A stretch of DNA of 64,000 nt. Source: Octopus sinensis. Taxonomy: Eukaryota. Of the stretch, positions 25,030 through 37,589 are shown piece by piece. The stretch is taken from contig NC_043005.1 in assembly GCF_006345805.1 (NCBI RefSeq), positions 51,460,001 through 51,524,000 on the forward strand, written 5' to 3'. Position 1 is the stretch's first letter; each line of letters begins with the position of its first letter. Position numbers and translations under genes: made by a program. Under the pieces are notes generated by a model that was not told the DNA's origin, did no database searches, and worked only from the letters and a program-made list of their open reading frames with translations.

Positions 25030-25640
25030 AAGAGCTATACAACCATAAATATCATAAGCCAAGCTGACTTATGCCACTTTGCAGACTGTGTTGTTTTTTA
25101 TGCAGCTCTCTAAAATTCTGCTTGGGAAATGCTTGATTTTTCAGATATTTCTCTATTGGTACAGTGATCAAGTGTATTTCTTTCCCTGTTGACTTCATTT
25201 GTTTCAAATACTTTCAATGAGGACTATACTTAGTCCTTGATTTATGCTAAGAGTATTTTTGGCATTCAACTTCAAACAGTTACTGTTCTCAGAACTTTCT
25301 GATCGTTCATTTGCATAAGTGGTGCTTGAGTATCATTGCCTCGATGCTTTAGACTTTGGCTCTCATCAAAATCTCTGTCTAGTGTCCACAAAGCCCAGGT
25401 GACATTATGTTAAACACCTCTAAGGAAAGCTCTCAAAGATCTTCACACATTTGTAAAGGAAATGTGTGTCACACATTTGTAAAGGAACTGTGAGTAAAGA
25501 AAGGTCATCACACAGGCATGATGCACTGCAATTTTTGCCTTCCTTGTGATGCCATTTTGGGACCATTCACAAGACTTGACAACCCTGAAGGAATTGGTTG
25601 CTCTCTGAAGCCTGATGACAAGTTTCACCATTTATGGAGC
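25030..25640 (-). mobile_element. Highly decayed RTE-clade LINE 3' remnant
   Basis: IRLQRATNSFRVVKSCEWSQNGITRKAKIAVHHACVMTFLYS resembles the post-RT RI.KAS.AF..L...W.....TK..VY.A.V...LLY motif. MPKILL lies downstream. Many stops. Boundaries approximate. Confidence 0.6.
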
Positions 25641-25959
25641 TAGAGTGGCTGAGTGCAAGATAGTTTCATGCATATCATTCTTAAGATAAACCAGAACATT
25701 ACAATGATCTAGTCAAGGCTAATTCTGAGCCCTAGCACCTTACAAAATGCACAAATGTGATCCATTGAAATAGATGCAGGCATGGCAGTGTGGTTGAGAA
25801 GTTTGTTTCCCAACTACATGGTTTCAAGTCCAGTCCTGCTGCATAGCAACTTGGGCAAGTGTCCTCTACTGTGGCCCTGTGTCAACTGAACTGGATTTGG
25901 TAGATGAAAACTGAAAGAAGCTACTCATGAGTGTGTGTGTGTGTGTGTGTGTGTATATG

Positions 25960-26310
25960 ATGGCTGCCCCCTCGTTATTGAGTATGGCCATTGCAAGAAG
26001 CTTATCTGTTATTGGTGCTGTGATCGAATGTGACTTTTTTAGCCCAGCTAAAAATCTACAATGTCTAAAAACCTTTGCCGGTAATAGCTGGCTGTAGTTG
26101 TAACTGGGCTTCATGTACCTTTGCATGTTGTTTAAGTCCTCCTGCCGAATTACACTCTCTTCCACATGCCTGACAGATATGATTAGTATGGTGTGTTACA
26201 CCACCACCAGTGGCCAGGCTGTCACTCATCTGTCTCACTTTATGACTACGAAGATGACTCTTGAGTCCAGCTTCACTGAGGCAGGGTCTTGCACAGACAC
26301 TGCATGTCAG
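25960..26310 (-). pseudogene. Fragment encoding three tandem C2H2-type fingers, probably a truncated RTE-type LINE 3' end
   Basis: CSVCARPCLSEAGLKSHLRSH and CQACGRECNSAGGLKQHAKVH, then a frameshifted third finger, RHCRFLAGLKSHIRSQH*. These are followed by GCAATGGCCATACTCAATAACGAGGGGGCAGCCATCAT, an RTE-like 3' end. Confidence 0.6.
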
Positions 26311-26651
26311 CATCATAGGAAGACCCTTCCCATTTGGAAGTGTAACAGCGATGCCCTTCCTGACATCCCTCCTTACTTTCTCATGTGCAAATTCACATAT
26401 ATACATACATACACACACATATAGACAGGTGTGTATGTTTGGGTCTCCTAATCTTGACATTGAATAATGGTCATTCATTTCCAATATTCTGCATAAACAT
26501 GTCTGGCTATGGGGAAAAATTACTTTACATGGAAACAGGTAAGGGTTGGTGACAAGAAGGACATCCAGCTGTCGAAAATCTACTTCAATAAACTTCATTT
26601 GACTCATGTGAGCATCGAAAAATAACTGTTAAAACGATGATGATGGTGGCA

Positions 26652-26807
26652 GGGGTGGCTGTGTGGTAAGTAACTTGTCTACCAACCACATGGTTCCGAG
26701 TTCAGTCCCACTGCGTGGCACCTTGGGCAAGTGTCTTCTATTAGAACATCGGGCCGACCAAAGCCTTGTGAGTGGATTTGGTAGACGGAAACTGAAAGAA
26801 GCCCGTC

Positions 26808-26844
<37 letters not shown>

Positions 26845-27046
26845 TTTGTGTGTCTGTGTTTGTCCCCTAGCATTGCTTGACAACCAATGCTGGTGTGTTT
26901 ATGTCCCCGTTACTTAGCAGTTCGGCAAAAGAGACTGATAGAATAAGTCCTGGGCTTACAAAAGAATAAGTCCCGGGGACAAGTTGCTCGATTAAAGGCG
27001 GTGCTCCAGCATGGCCGCAGTCAAATGACTGAAACGAGTAAAAGAG
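26652..27046 (+). mobile_element. Well-preserved composite tRNA/CORE SINE with internal (TA)n
   Basis: Same family as 9826-10234; head and 3' module are contiguous across the microsatellite. Confidence 0.85.
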
Positions 27047-28149
27047 TATATCAGGTGCAGGCATGGCTGTGTGGTTAGAGGCTTGCTTCCCAACCACATG
27101 GTCCTGGGTTCAATTCCACTGCAGGGCACCTGGAGCAACTATTTTCTACTATAGCCTGAGGCTGACCAAAGCCTTGTGAGTGGATTTCGTAGACAGAAAT
27201 TGAAAGAAGCATATCATATATATGATGGGCTTCTTTCAATTTCTGTCTAAATATATATATGTATGTATGTATCTTTGTGTGTGTTTTGTAACCCCACTAT
27301 TGCTTGACATGCTGGTGTGTTTATATCCCCATAACTTAGTGGGTTCAGCAACAGTAATCAATAAAATAAGAAGTAGGCTTACAAAGAATAATTTCTGGGT
27401 GTGATTTCTTTGATTAAAACCATTTAAGGCAGTGCTTCAGCATTGTCATAGTTAAATGACTGAAACAAGTAAAAGAATAAAAGAATATATATATGTACAC
27501 ATACTAAACGGGACAACAAAACATCCAGATAGACGATACAAAGAAAACAAGGATGGGTCATTCGAAGTTTTCTTTCCTCAGTCACGTACCAGTTTATCTT
27601 CGCAATTTCATATATATATATAGATATAGATAGATATATACACACACACACTCTCACAAATGGTGTGTTGTTTGTATAGTGGATAAATACAGTTAACTAG
27701 TATTATTGAACAGGAAACAAAGTAGATTCTCAGTCATGAATGAATGATTTCAGTAGCCGAAAGCAGAATTGTGATAAAAAGTTGATTATTTTTCTTTTAC
27801 ATTTTTCTGTTTTTTTTTTTTACCTTTTTCCTTTTTTTTTTTAAATGAATATTTTTCTTTTAAATCATCTAAAACTTATTTTGTAATCACTTTATTTATG
27901 AATCATATATATATATATATTTATTCTATTCTTGTGCAAGAATGTTGTTGATAGTGACTTCCAAGTTTCGGCCAGTTAAACCGTCGTTGGACTGCTGAAA
28001 CTTAGAAAACACTGTCAACAACATTCTTGTATAAGAATAATAAATTTGTACTCTACAAAAGTATAGAGTGACCCATCATATTAATGTAAAATTGTTTTTA
28101 TTACAGCTGAACATAAAATGAAACATTTATATATATATATATACACACA

Positions 28150-28462
28150 CACACACCTCCTCAGCTTATGACCATCCGCACTTACGACCACAAAAAATAA
28201 GAAAATTAAAAAAAATAAATAAAAAATTGATTTTCAGACGTTGGGCAGTTGCTCGTATGATAACTATGGCAGCATCTGGCAACGCAGGCCTCTCTCAGAC
28301 CCAGGCATCTACTGCGTACCACTGTACCTCACTAAGTCACTTTCAAGTATCAGATGCGTTTGAATGAAAATAATGTTGAAAGATATAAATCCGACATATG
28401 ACCAGATTGAATTACGACTTGTCGGTTGAAACGGAACTCGGTCATAAGTTGAGGAGAAGGTG
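28150..28462. mobile_element. pogo/Tigger-like MITE
   Basis: Termini CACCTCCTCAGCTTATGACC and GGTCATAAGTTGAGGAGAAGGTG followed by TA. Subterminal CTTACGACC repeat. Confidence 0.6.
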
Positions 28463-28776
28463 TATATGAGAGAGAAAGAGAGAGAGGCAGATAAACGCAA
28501 GTAACCTTAATGTGTATATTTACATGTAAATACAGGTTACAGAAAATTATTGCATAAGCTATATAATAACTTTTTTCCATCATCTATATTTTGTATTCCA
28601 TGTAAATATAGGCATTGAGAGCCTACTTGCGTTTATCAGCCTTTCTGCCTTCATAACAGCTCATCATGGATTGTTTCTTATACCTTATTTTCAATATCAG
28701 AGGCACCAGTCCTCGATGATGGAGTTGGAGTTTATTTTTTCATCTATCTGAGAACTACTACCTACAAACATATATA

Positions 28777-29830
28777 CAGGCTGTTCAGGCTAAATTTGAC
28801 AGTTTGCATAAAAGGAAAAATTAGCTCTATTTATTCCAAAAATAAAAGTATTGTAAAACAAGAAAATTACAGCAAAGCTGCATGAAAGTGCTGTCAGATG
28901 TGGTATGCAGACCGTCGTATAACTTGTTTGATGTGTTTTTATTCTTCTCTTTATTGTGTGTTTATTCGTCTTTGACCAATTCCTGGTTCTTAGTCAAAAC
29001 TGTTTACGGATCACAGCCATCTCACGAACTTGTGGTCATGAGGAGTACTTCACGCTCCGATGGTTGTGAAAAAAAAATCAAAAAGTATCAACTGGATTAT
29101 GGCTAGGAGTTAACAGTTTACTCAAAGTAGCTGCCCGCAGCTTCCACTGTGGCCTCAAGGTGGCTCTGGAACCTGACACATGCATTCTTCACTGTGTCCC
29201 TAAGGAAGATCTTTGAACACCTCCTTGATCTTGGCCGACAGCTTGGCCTTGGTGTTGCAGGCAAAACAGCTGGTGTCTTTCTCAACTGTACCCCATATAT
29301 GGTAATCCATGGGATTATAATCAGAGGAATTAGGAGGCCAGAAATTGGGGTTGATGAAATTGTAGTAATTCTCTAACAACCATTTCTGACTCTTTCTGGA
29401 GTTATGGCTAAGCACTGAATCCTGCAGCCACACATATAGCCTTCTAGCAGCAACCCTTTCCAGCCAGTTTTTGACCAGTCTCCAGACATAGCCATCTGAA
29501 TTAGCCCCTTTTCAAAGATGTAGGGTAGCATGATATCACCTTTACTGGAAACACACCGAAAGACCATCACAGTTTGGGGGAATTTGGTTTTCGTGATGTC
29601 CACGTCACATCTTACAGCCTTTACAGTGTTCACAGAGCATTGAGCAGCAGTCATGATGTTGGTATTTTGTTACCTTTTCCAATATTCAGATGGTTTCCAG
29701 TCCTCCATGTCAGCTGACTTTTACTCAAATACAACTTCAATATTTATGCTCTCCAATGCCATTGGCTGTTTATCAATACATCAAACTGTTTTTGAAAAAA
29801 AATATTGTCAAATTTAGCCTAAACACCGTG
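28777..29830 (-). mobile_element. Decayed, internally deleted maT (DD37D) transposon
   Basis: TA TSD on both sides. TIRs CAGGCTGTTCAGGCTAAATTTGACA and rc CACGGTGTTTAGGCTAAATTTGACA. Fragments KFPQTVMVF.CVSSKG and QDSVLSH...WPPNSSDYNPMDYHIW; 37 residues counted between the 2nd and 3rd Asp. Confidence 0.9.
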
Positions 29831-30225
29831 TATATATATCTACATATATGTGTGTGTGTGTTAGTAACCCTTGATCTGAGTTACTGTGTTGAAACTAAAC
29901 AATTGAATCCTAGAAGTGGTATGATAACCAGTTGAAAGCGCTCATATATCATAAATTAATATTTGTTTTAATTTTGCTAATAGAGGTACAACCTCAGTTT
30001 TCCAGAACATTTGGTTCCAAAGTCATTCCAGATTACTAAATTTTCTGAACATGGTGTGGTTACACGTTAAATAAAACAAATATTAAATTTACTTAAATGA
30101 TTAAATGAAATATAGGTACCTGTACATTAGTATAAATTATACAAGTTTATTAATATTGTACTGTGCAAGGTGCCTGTAAATTTGTTTGGCAGCCATGGGA
30201 ATATATATGTTTGTGGGAATATATA

Positions 30226-30257
<32 letters not shown>

Positions 30258-30440
30258 CATACATACCTGTTTAATGTTGACTGTCAGAAGAAAGAATACT
30301 TTGATGTCATAGTTGAAATTAATCATATTTTTATTTTTATCTTGGTCAAGTTAATCTCTTGCTACTCTGAGTTTCACCTGTGGGTACAGGGCTTCCGGGC
30401 AAGTTTTATATATATATGTATATCATTTAATATGAACGTT

Positions 30441-30554
30441 ATTTAAATATGAATTACTAATAGTTTCATACTGCGGAAACACAATAATTCAGCTGATTTA
30501 TATAAAGCCGAATTATTGTTTTCGCAGTATGAAACTATTAGCTCATATTTAAAT
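30441..30554. repeat. 114-bp hairpin/palindrome (mini-MITE-like)
   Basis: ATTTAAATATGA..TAATAGTTTCATACTGCG.AAAC.CAATAATTC.GCT is mirrored around an 11-nt loop. Confidence 0.8.
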
Positions 30555-31097
30555 ACTGTGTTTATTAACTGATATTTATCTCATTAGATGGAGCTCTTCT
30601 TTTGTTGACTCTACCTATAACAGAACAGTAAGCTATCTATCTATCTATATATATATATATATATATATGCACATACACACACAAAAACATGCATTTTCTA
30701 CAAATGACTGCTATTTTCATATAAAGACATAAAGTTCAACTTCTTTCTTTTATAACAAGCCAACAGTTGGCTTCTTGCATACAAATATGTCTTCAATCCA
30801 GGGCAAGCCTTATTTATTATTAAAGTCCTACATAAGACAGCAGGCTGGACAAAATGCTTACTAGCTTTTCACCTGTCTCTGTTCTGAGTTCAAATTCCAC
30901 CAAGGTTGACTTTGCCTTTTATCCTTTCAGGGTCTATAAAATAAGTACCAGTCAAGTAGTGGGGTCAATGCAGTCAATTTACTCTTTCCCTGCAGAAATA
31001 TCAGGCCTTGTGCCTGTAGTAGAAAAGGTTATTGAAGTCCTATATATTTATGACTAATGTAAGTCCAAAGGCAGCAATCTTTTGTATATATACTTAC

Positions 31098-31184
31098 TGT
31101 GTGTGTCTCGTCAAAATGTTCACCAAGGAATGTGAGGCAGGACATATGTGAGTCTAGATTTTCACTTTTGAAAACCAAAATCAC
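31098..31184 (-). CDS. Candidate internal exon (87 nt, phase 0-0) of the convergent gene
   Basis: Strong acceptor tacctttctttacag|G and donor ACA|gtaagt. Encodes VILVFKSENLDSHMSCLTFLGEHFDETHT; phase-compatible with 22056-22193. Confidence 0.55.
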
Positions 31185-31471
31185 CTGTAAAGAAAGGTAT
31201 TTGATTGGAGGTCTGTCATCCAAGTTTGATTTTGGCAAAGGGGATGGAAGTTTTCTGCCACTAATACCAACTGTGGTCTTACTACATACTTTTTTGTTTC
31301 TTTTTTTTTTTTCTTGTAGTGATTTCAGTTATTGGAGGATAGCTGTGCTGGGGCACATTTTTTCTTTTTTCCTTTTCCTTTTTCTTTTATTTTTTTAAAT
31401 ATAAATTTGTTAAGTAAAAATTAAATCTTCACTGCCATATACTATCTACTACAATGTGTATGATTTTTCTG

Positions 31472-31690
31472 AAGGCGGTGAGCTGGCAGAATCATTACCG
31501 CACTGGACAAAATACTTAGCGGTTATTTCATTTGTCTTTATGTTCTGAGTTCAAATTCCACCAAGATTGACTTTGCCTTTCATCCTTTCGAAGTCGATAA
31601 AATAAGTACCGGTTGACCGCTGGGGTCAATGTAATCGACTTACACCCTCCTTCAAAATTACTGGCCTTGTGCCAAAATTGGAAACCAATA
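31472..31690 (+). mobile_element. tRNA-derived SINE with a Deu/Nin-domain-like core
   Basis: GGCGGTGAGCTGGCAGAATC..GAGTTCAAATTCC.CC.AG.T.GACTTTGCCTTTCATCCTTTCG..GTCGATAAAATAAGTACC. Copies at ~8860, 12360(-), 30850, 46585-48330(-), 48571-48792(-) and 52455. Domain name is recalled. Confidence 0.75.
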
Positions 31691-32044
31691 TATGATTTGC
31701 TGTCTAAACATTTATGTATGTTGTGTTGTATGTATAAGGTGCATACATATATATGTATCTTTATTTTTGCAATACATATATATCACAGATGTATGTTTTG
31801 CTGTGTGTCTTTATGTGCACACATTCAATACATTTAGTGTATATGTGAATATGTTTGTGTGTAAATATGTATAATACTTTTTTTAAAGCAAATCCAAAAA
31901 AAAAACAAATTAAAAGAAAAAACATTTAATAAAAAATATACTAAAATGCGTTCTTGTCTTATTTTAGTTTTAGAATCAAGCATTTTAAATTCTTCTCTGA
32001 TAGTCTGAGGTTTGGTCTCCTAATATAAATTGGTAATAATTTTA

Positions 32045-32440
32045 TCTTTATATATAAAACTAAAGTTGTGTGTCTGTCTCCTACAATTTAGATTCCTAAC
32101 TACTCCCACATTTTGCGGTGCAGTGTCACCAAAAGCAGGTATCTTATAGTCGTGATTCATATCGAGCCCTTCTGGGTATTAGTGCGCGTCTACGATGAGT
32201 CTATGATTTAAAAAAAAATTTACCATAATTTTTTCCCATTTTTTAATGTATTTTTTGGCTATTATATAAGGGAAGTAACTCTCTAAAAATGTATTATTAA
32301 ATCTCAGAACGTAAAAAGCTACAGTAACACCCTCCTTTGTGGTTAGCCATATTGAGATTGCTATTATACTTTACATCTCTAAAAATGCTTATATAGTTAT
32401 TTCCCTTACAAACCCGAGCAACGCCGGGCGATACTGCTAG
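32045..32440 (+). mobile_element. Non-autonomous Helitron
   Basis: 5' A|TC and 3' CTAG|T termini. 16-bp hairpin CCCGAGCAACGCCGGG at 32413-32428. No TSD. Confidence 0.85.
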
Positions 32441-33084
32441 TATAATATATGTATATATATATATAACTCCCTCATAGTTCGAAATGATAGCTTTGTGGAT
32501 AATGTGTTTGACTGGTTGAGCTCAAATCAGTTGCAGGCATTGTCTTTATTCTAACATACTTTATTCACTGCCAAGTTAGTGTTGCATCGATATGGTTAAG
32601 TGGGTTTAATATGTTGCAATATTTACTGGCAGAACATGAGTTCAAATCTGCTGTTAGTGTTTCGTTGTATTTCTGTCTGGGCAAAATTCTCTGGTCGATA
32701 ATTAATACCATCAGTTCATATAGCTGTCAATTGGAATAGGTTTTTTTTTTCTTGTGGAGTGGAAGATTATGGCTCACATTTTTTTTTTTTTTGGCTACTC
32801 AAGGCTGCTGGAGGGAAGAACATAGGAAAACTACTATTCATTGTCTTTTTTTTTTTATTCTTAGATCAGATTACTTACTTAAGTTCCTCCACTCCCTATG
32901 GAATACAAGCCATTGATGACTTTTCTCCTTTGTTCTCAACTCTGGTTATGCTGGTTTTGAATTGTCATCAATGTTTCTGTAATTTTTACCTCTGGGAGGA
33001 AGTGGTTCATATTAGTAGCTTGCTCTGTGTGTGTCTCTCTCTCTCACTGTTTTCACACATTATTGATCTTACCTACCCACTTAC

Positions 33085-33339
33085 CCTGTCCAGTCCTCTT
33101 GACTATTAATTCTCTTATGTTCACCTTCATGTAACTTGAGGGTACACCCTGATGCCTCTTTGCCATCTTCTCTCCTTTTCCAACTTGGGTCACCAGATAT
33201 CTCTTCTACTGCACCGGTTTCTATTTCTCTGTTACACTTGAACCTCTCATCGCTTGGCATAAAGCCATATTCCTTACTACCAGTTGAGAGAAAGATATGT
33301 TTAAACAGATAGTGGTTATTGTTAAACATCCAATCAACC
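33085..33339 (-). CDS. Candidate internal exon (255 nt, phase 2-2) of the convergent gene
   Basis: Acceptor gtctgctcattcag| and donor CAGG|gtaagt. Purine-rich open frame VDWMFNNNHYLFKHIFLSTGSKEYGFMPSDERFKC...HKRINSQEDWT. It needs an intervening phase 2-to-0 exon before 31184. Confidence 0.5.
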
Positions 33340-34451
33340 CTGAATGAGCAGACTTCTTTTAAGGATACATAGGACCACATTATATATTGCATGTTTTTGG
33401 GGGGTTTTTTTTTTTGCATATTTAAGAGGGTTGGATGTGATTTGAGGAAGATTTGGCTCTCACAGAAAACACTGTAGACAGTGTTGTTGTTGCTATTGTT
33501 TAGCATATGGTTAGTCTTAATCAAGCAGACCTGTGGTCAAAAGCATTTTATTTGTGACCATCTTGTCTTTTTCTGGATGTTTTTCTAATTTCCGTCTCTA
33601 GCATGTATTTTTCTAAGATGGCCCAAGTAAATTTGACTGTTATATCTAGCAGGTTGAGTGACCACATAGCCTTCCTCATTGGTTCATATAAAGACATTTC
33701 CTTGAAATGAATGGACACTGGACATTTATTTCAGTAAGGCTGAAGGTGTGATTTCATACTTATGTTGGAATTGTTCTTGACTTGATGTATACTGACTTGA
33801 AAAAGAAAAAAAATTTATCTGAATCTCATCAGTTCATATAAAGACAGTTCCTTGAAATGGCTACTGGGCATTTATGTCAGCAAGGGTGATGGTGTGGCTT
33901 GAACTGAAATGAAAGCAATCTAGAATCAAAGCTATGTTCCATCTGTCTTTCATCTTCCATCTCATTAATCAAATACCCAACGGACACTGTGGAAGTGGAC
34001 GTGCTTTACCAGTAAGCTGCCAGGTGTATACCATACAATTTATTATCAAATATATATGCACACAAAGAATTTCAGTTTCTGTCTACCAAATTCACTCACA
34101 AAGTATATTTGACCTGCAGTTTATCCTTTTTTTAGGGCTCATTTTTGTTTTATGGTTTAATCAAAGAAGGCAAGCCAACACCCATTGTCATTTAACATCT
34201 CTGAGACTGGTGACATTATGATCTTGATATTTTCAAGCCAGAAACTTTGTCCTATTGGTTAAGAGCAAGTAAACTTTGATTAAACCACCCAAAGATCATG
34301 TTATGTTAAATTCTGTGAGATATTAAATGTATGCTATGGTTACTATTTGGAATAGAAACTTGGTTATAGATCTGTATCTGTGTTACTTTAGCTCTTCTGC
34401 ATGGCACTTGCCAATATTTAACATTTAGCATATGATACACATACATATATA

Positions 34452-34668
34452 TGAGGGGTTGCTGAAAAATTCCTGGCTTTAACGGTATTGTGAAAGGCCT
34501 AGTTGGAGGACCAACCTTCTGAGTTCTTTTGCAGGGCTTCCTAAAACTGGAGGACCACTGCAATAAGTGTGTGAATCTTAGAGGGGAATATGTAGAATAA
34601 AATCATAATTAACTAATCCTCCTGTATTTTCTTTTACATAGAGCCAAGAACTTTTCAGCCCCCTCTCA
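34452..34668. mobile_element. mariner-derived MITE (second copy 42686-42878, opposite orientation)
   Basis: TA|TGAGGGGTTGCTGAAAAATTCCTGGCT and AGCCAAGAACTTTTCAGCCCCCTCTCA|TA. Confidence 0.8.
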
Positions 34669-34927
34669 TATATATATATATACCACACCACACATATATG
34701 TACATATACATACATATATATAATATATACATACACATATATATATGTTTATATATATATATATATCATCATCATCATCATTTAGCGTCCGTTCTCCATG
34801 CTAGCATGGGTTGGACGGTTCAACTGGGGTCTGTGAAGCTGGAAGGCTTCATCAGGCCCAGTCAGATCTGGCAGTGTTTCTACGGCTGGATGCCCTTCCT
34901 AACGCCAACCACTCCGTGAGTGTAGTG

Positions 34928-35584
34928 GGTGCTTTTACGTGCCACCTGCACAGGTGCCAGACAGAGCTGGCAAACGGCCACAACGGATGGTGCTTTTACG
35001 TGTCACTGGCACGGGGCCAGGCGAGGCGGGCAACGGACACGAACGGATGGTGCTTTTACGTGCCACCAACACGGGGGCCAGACAGAGCTGGCAAACGGCC
35101 ACGAAACGGATGTGCTTTTACGTGTCACCCACGGGGGCTAGGCGAGGCTGGCAACGGGCACGAACGGATGGTGCTTTTACATGCCACCGACACGGGGGCC
35201 AGACAGGGCTGGCAAACGGCCTAGAACGGATGGTGCTTTTACATGTCACCGACATGGGGGCCAGACAGGGCTGGCAAACGACCACGAACGGATGGTGCTT
35301 TTACGTGCCACCAACACGGGGGCCAGACAGAGCTGGCAAACGGCCACGAAACGGATGGTGCTTTTACGTGTCACCGGCACGGGGGCCAGGCGAGGCTGGC
35401 AACGGACACGAACGGATGGTGCTTTTACATGTCACCGACATGGGGGCCAGACGGGGCTGGCAAACAGACACGAACGGATGGTGCTTTTACATGTCACCGA
35501 CATGGGGGCCAGACAGGGCTGGCAAACGACCACGAACGGATGGTGCTTTTACGTGTCACCGGCACGGGGGCCAGACAGAGCTGG
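34928..35584 (+). repeat. GC-rich minisatellite, 11 units of 59-63 bp, grown from the end of a V-type SINE
   Basis: Unit GGTGCTTTTAC.TG.CACC..CA.GGGGGCCAG.C.G.GCTGGCAA.CG..CACGAACGGAT. Unit 1 is continuous with the SINE at 34765-34930. Confidence 0.95.
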
Positions 35585-35617
35585 ATACATATATATATAC
35601 ATACATATATATATATA

Positions 35618-35993
35618 CTAGCAGTATCGCCCGGCGTTGCTCGGGTTTGTAAGGGAAATAACTATAAAACATTTTAGAGAGTTATAGCCAAAAAATAGCA
35701 AAAAAAAATGGGAAAAAAATGATGGTAAATTTTTTTTTGATAGTTAAAAAGGTCGAGTTGCGTCCCCTGTGGTTTGTGTTTCTGATTGTCGACCCCATGT
35801 CGAATTTACCGATCTTTTTCAGAACTGGGGGAACTTTTCAAAATTTTCGCTGCGTTAGTTTTGAATTTTGACATTGGGCTATGTGTGTGTCAAGTTTCAT
35901 CAGAATCAGTTGAAAGCCGTGGTCAGGGTGAGGGTACAAGCAAAACACACACAGAAACACGCACAGACAAACTGCCGTTTATATATAGAGAGA
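35618..35993 (-). mobile_element. Non-autonomous Helitron sharing its 3' end with 32045-32440
   Basis: Minus-strand A|TC start at 35993 and CTAG|T end at 35618. Same hairpin and a shared terminal ~75 bp; different 5' body. Confidence 0.85.
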
Positions 35994-36093
35994 TATACAT
36001 TTATTATTATATACATACATATATATATACATATATATATATATACATATTATATATATACATTATATATATATATATATATATATACATACA

Positions 36094-36134
<41 letters not shown>

Positions 36135-36144
36135 ACATACATAC

Positions 36145-36180
<36 letters not shown>

Positions 36181-36226
36181 CTATATATACATATATACAT
36201 ACATATATATATATACATATATACAT

Positions 36227-36282
<56 letters not shown>

Positions 36283-37378
36283 CATATACAGTAGTACCTC
36301 AGTTTACAAACGCCTCTGATGACAAATAAATCAGACTTTATATATAGATATATATATATATATATATATATAAAGCATGATTTATTCGTGATCAGAGGCG
36401 TTTTTAAAACAAGTGTTCAGTCCCACTGTGTAGTACCTTGGGCAAGTATCTTTTACTATAGCCATGGGCCAGCCAAAGCCTTATAAGTGCATTTGGTAGA
36501 TGGAAACTGAGAGAAGACCGTCGTAAATTAATGTGTGTATATCATCATCATCATCATCATCGTTTAGCGTCCGTTTTCCATGCTAGCATGGGTTGGACGG
36601 TTCTACTGGGGTCTGTGAAGCCAGAAGGCTTCATCAGGCCCAGTCAAATCTGGCAGTGTTTCTATGGCTGGATGCCCTTCCTAACGCCAACCACTCCGTG
36701 AGTGTAGTGGGTGCTTTTTACGTGATATATATGTGTGTGTGTGTGTCTGTGTGTTTTATTGCCTCCTTCCCTGATTTCACTTGATAGCTGTAATTAAATA
36801 TCACCATCATGCATGCAGTGTTCTTTGTTTCCATTCTGCCATGATAACATATCTGGTCATGGGGAAATTTTACTTTATTTGGAAATAGGTGAGGATTGGT
36901 GATAGGAAGAGCATCCAGCAGTAGAAAATCTGCCTCAACAAATTCCATTCAACACATGCAAGCATGGGAAAAGTGGACATTAAATGATGATGACATGTTA
37001 CTTAATAATATAAATATATATATATATGATCTATTCTTTTACACTTTGCAGTCGTTTGACTGCAGACATGCTGGAGTACAGCCTTATAAAGGGTTTTAGT
37101 CAAACAAATCGCCTCCAGGACTTATTCTTTGTAAGCCTAGTACTTATTCTATCAGTCTCTTTTGCCAAACTGGTAAGTTACAGGAACCATCAATTGTCAA
37201 GTGATGGTGGGCAGACAAATAGATACAATGACACACACACAAATATATATATATATATGATTATATGTATATATACATACATATATATATATGAATATAT
37301 GTATACATACATATATATGAATATATGTATACATACATATATATATGTATATATATATACATATATGTGATTATATGT

Positions 37379-37412
<34 letters not shown>

Positions 37413-37477
37413 GTAGGTCCCGGGTTGATTCGGGGTTAACCACAGTAAATAAGGTACTCAATACATAGCAGAGTAAA

Positions 37478-37589
37478 ATTAATTTATTATATAGAAGGAG
37501 CTTCTACAGGACTAGAACTGTTTCATTCAAGAGAAATCTTCTCTTGAATGAAACTTCTAGTCCTGTAGAAGCTCCTTCTATATAATAAA

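Noticed and set aside
26065-26607. 180-aa ORF as an intact zinc-finger gene
   Set aside because: Its N-terminal half reads through SINE and microsatellite sequence, and the third finger is frameshifted; treated as a fragment.
34811-35677. 237-aa and overlapping repetitive ORFs; superficial CRISPR-like periodicity
   Set aside because: A minisatellite with no unique spacers, open in all three plus frames, in a eukaryotic context with no cas genes.
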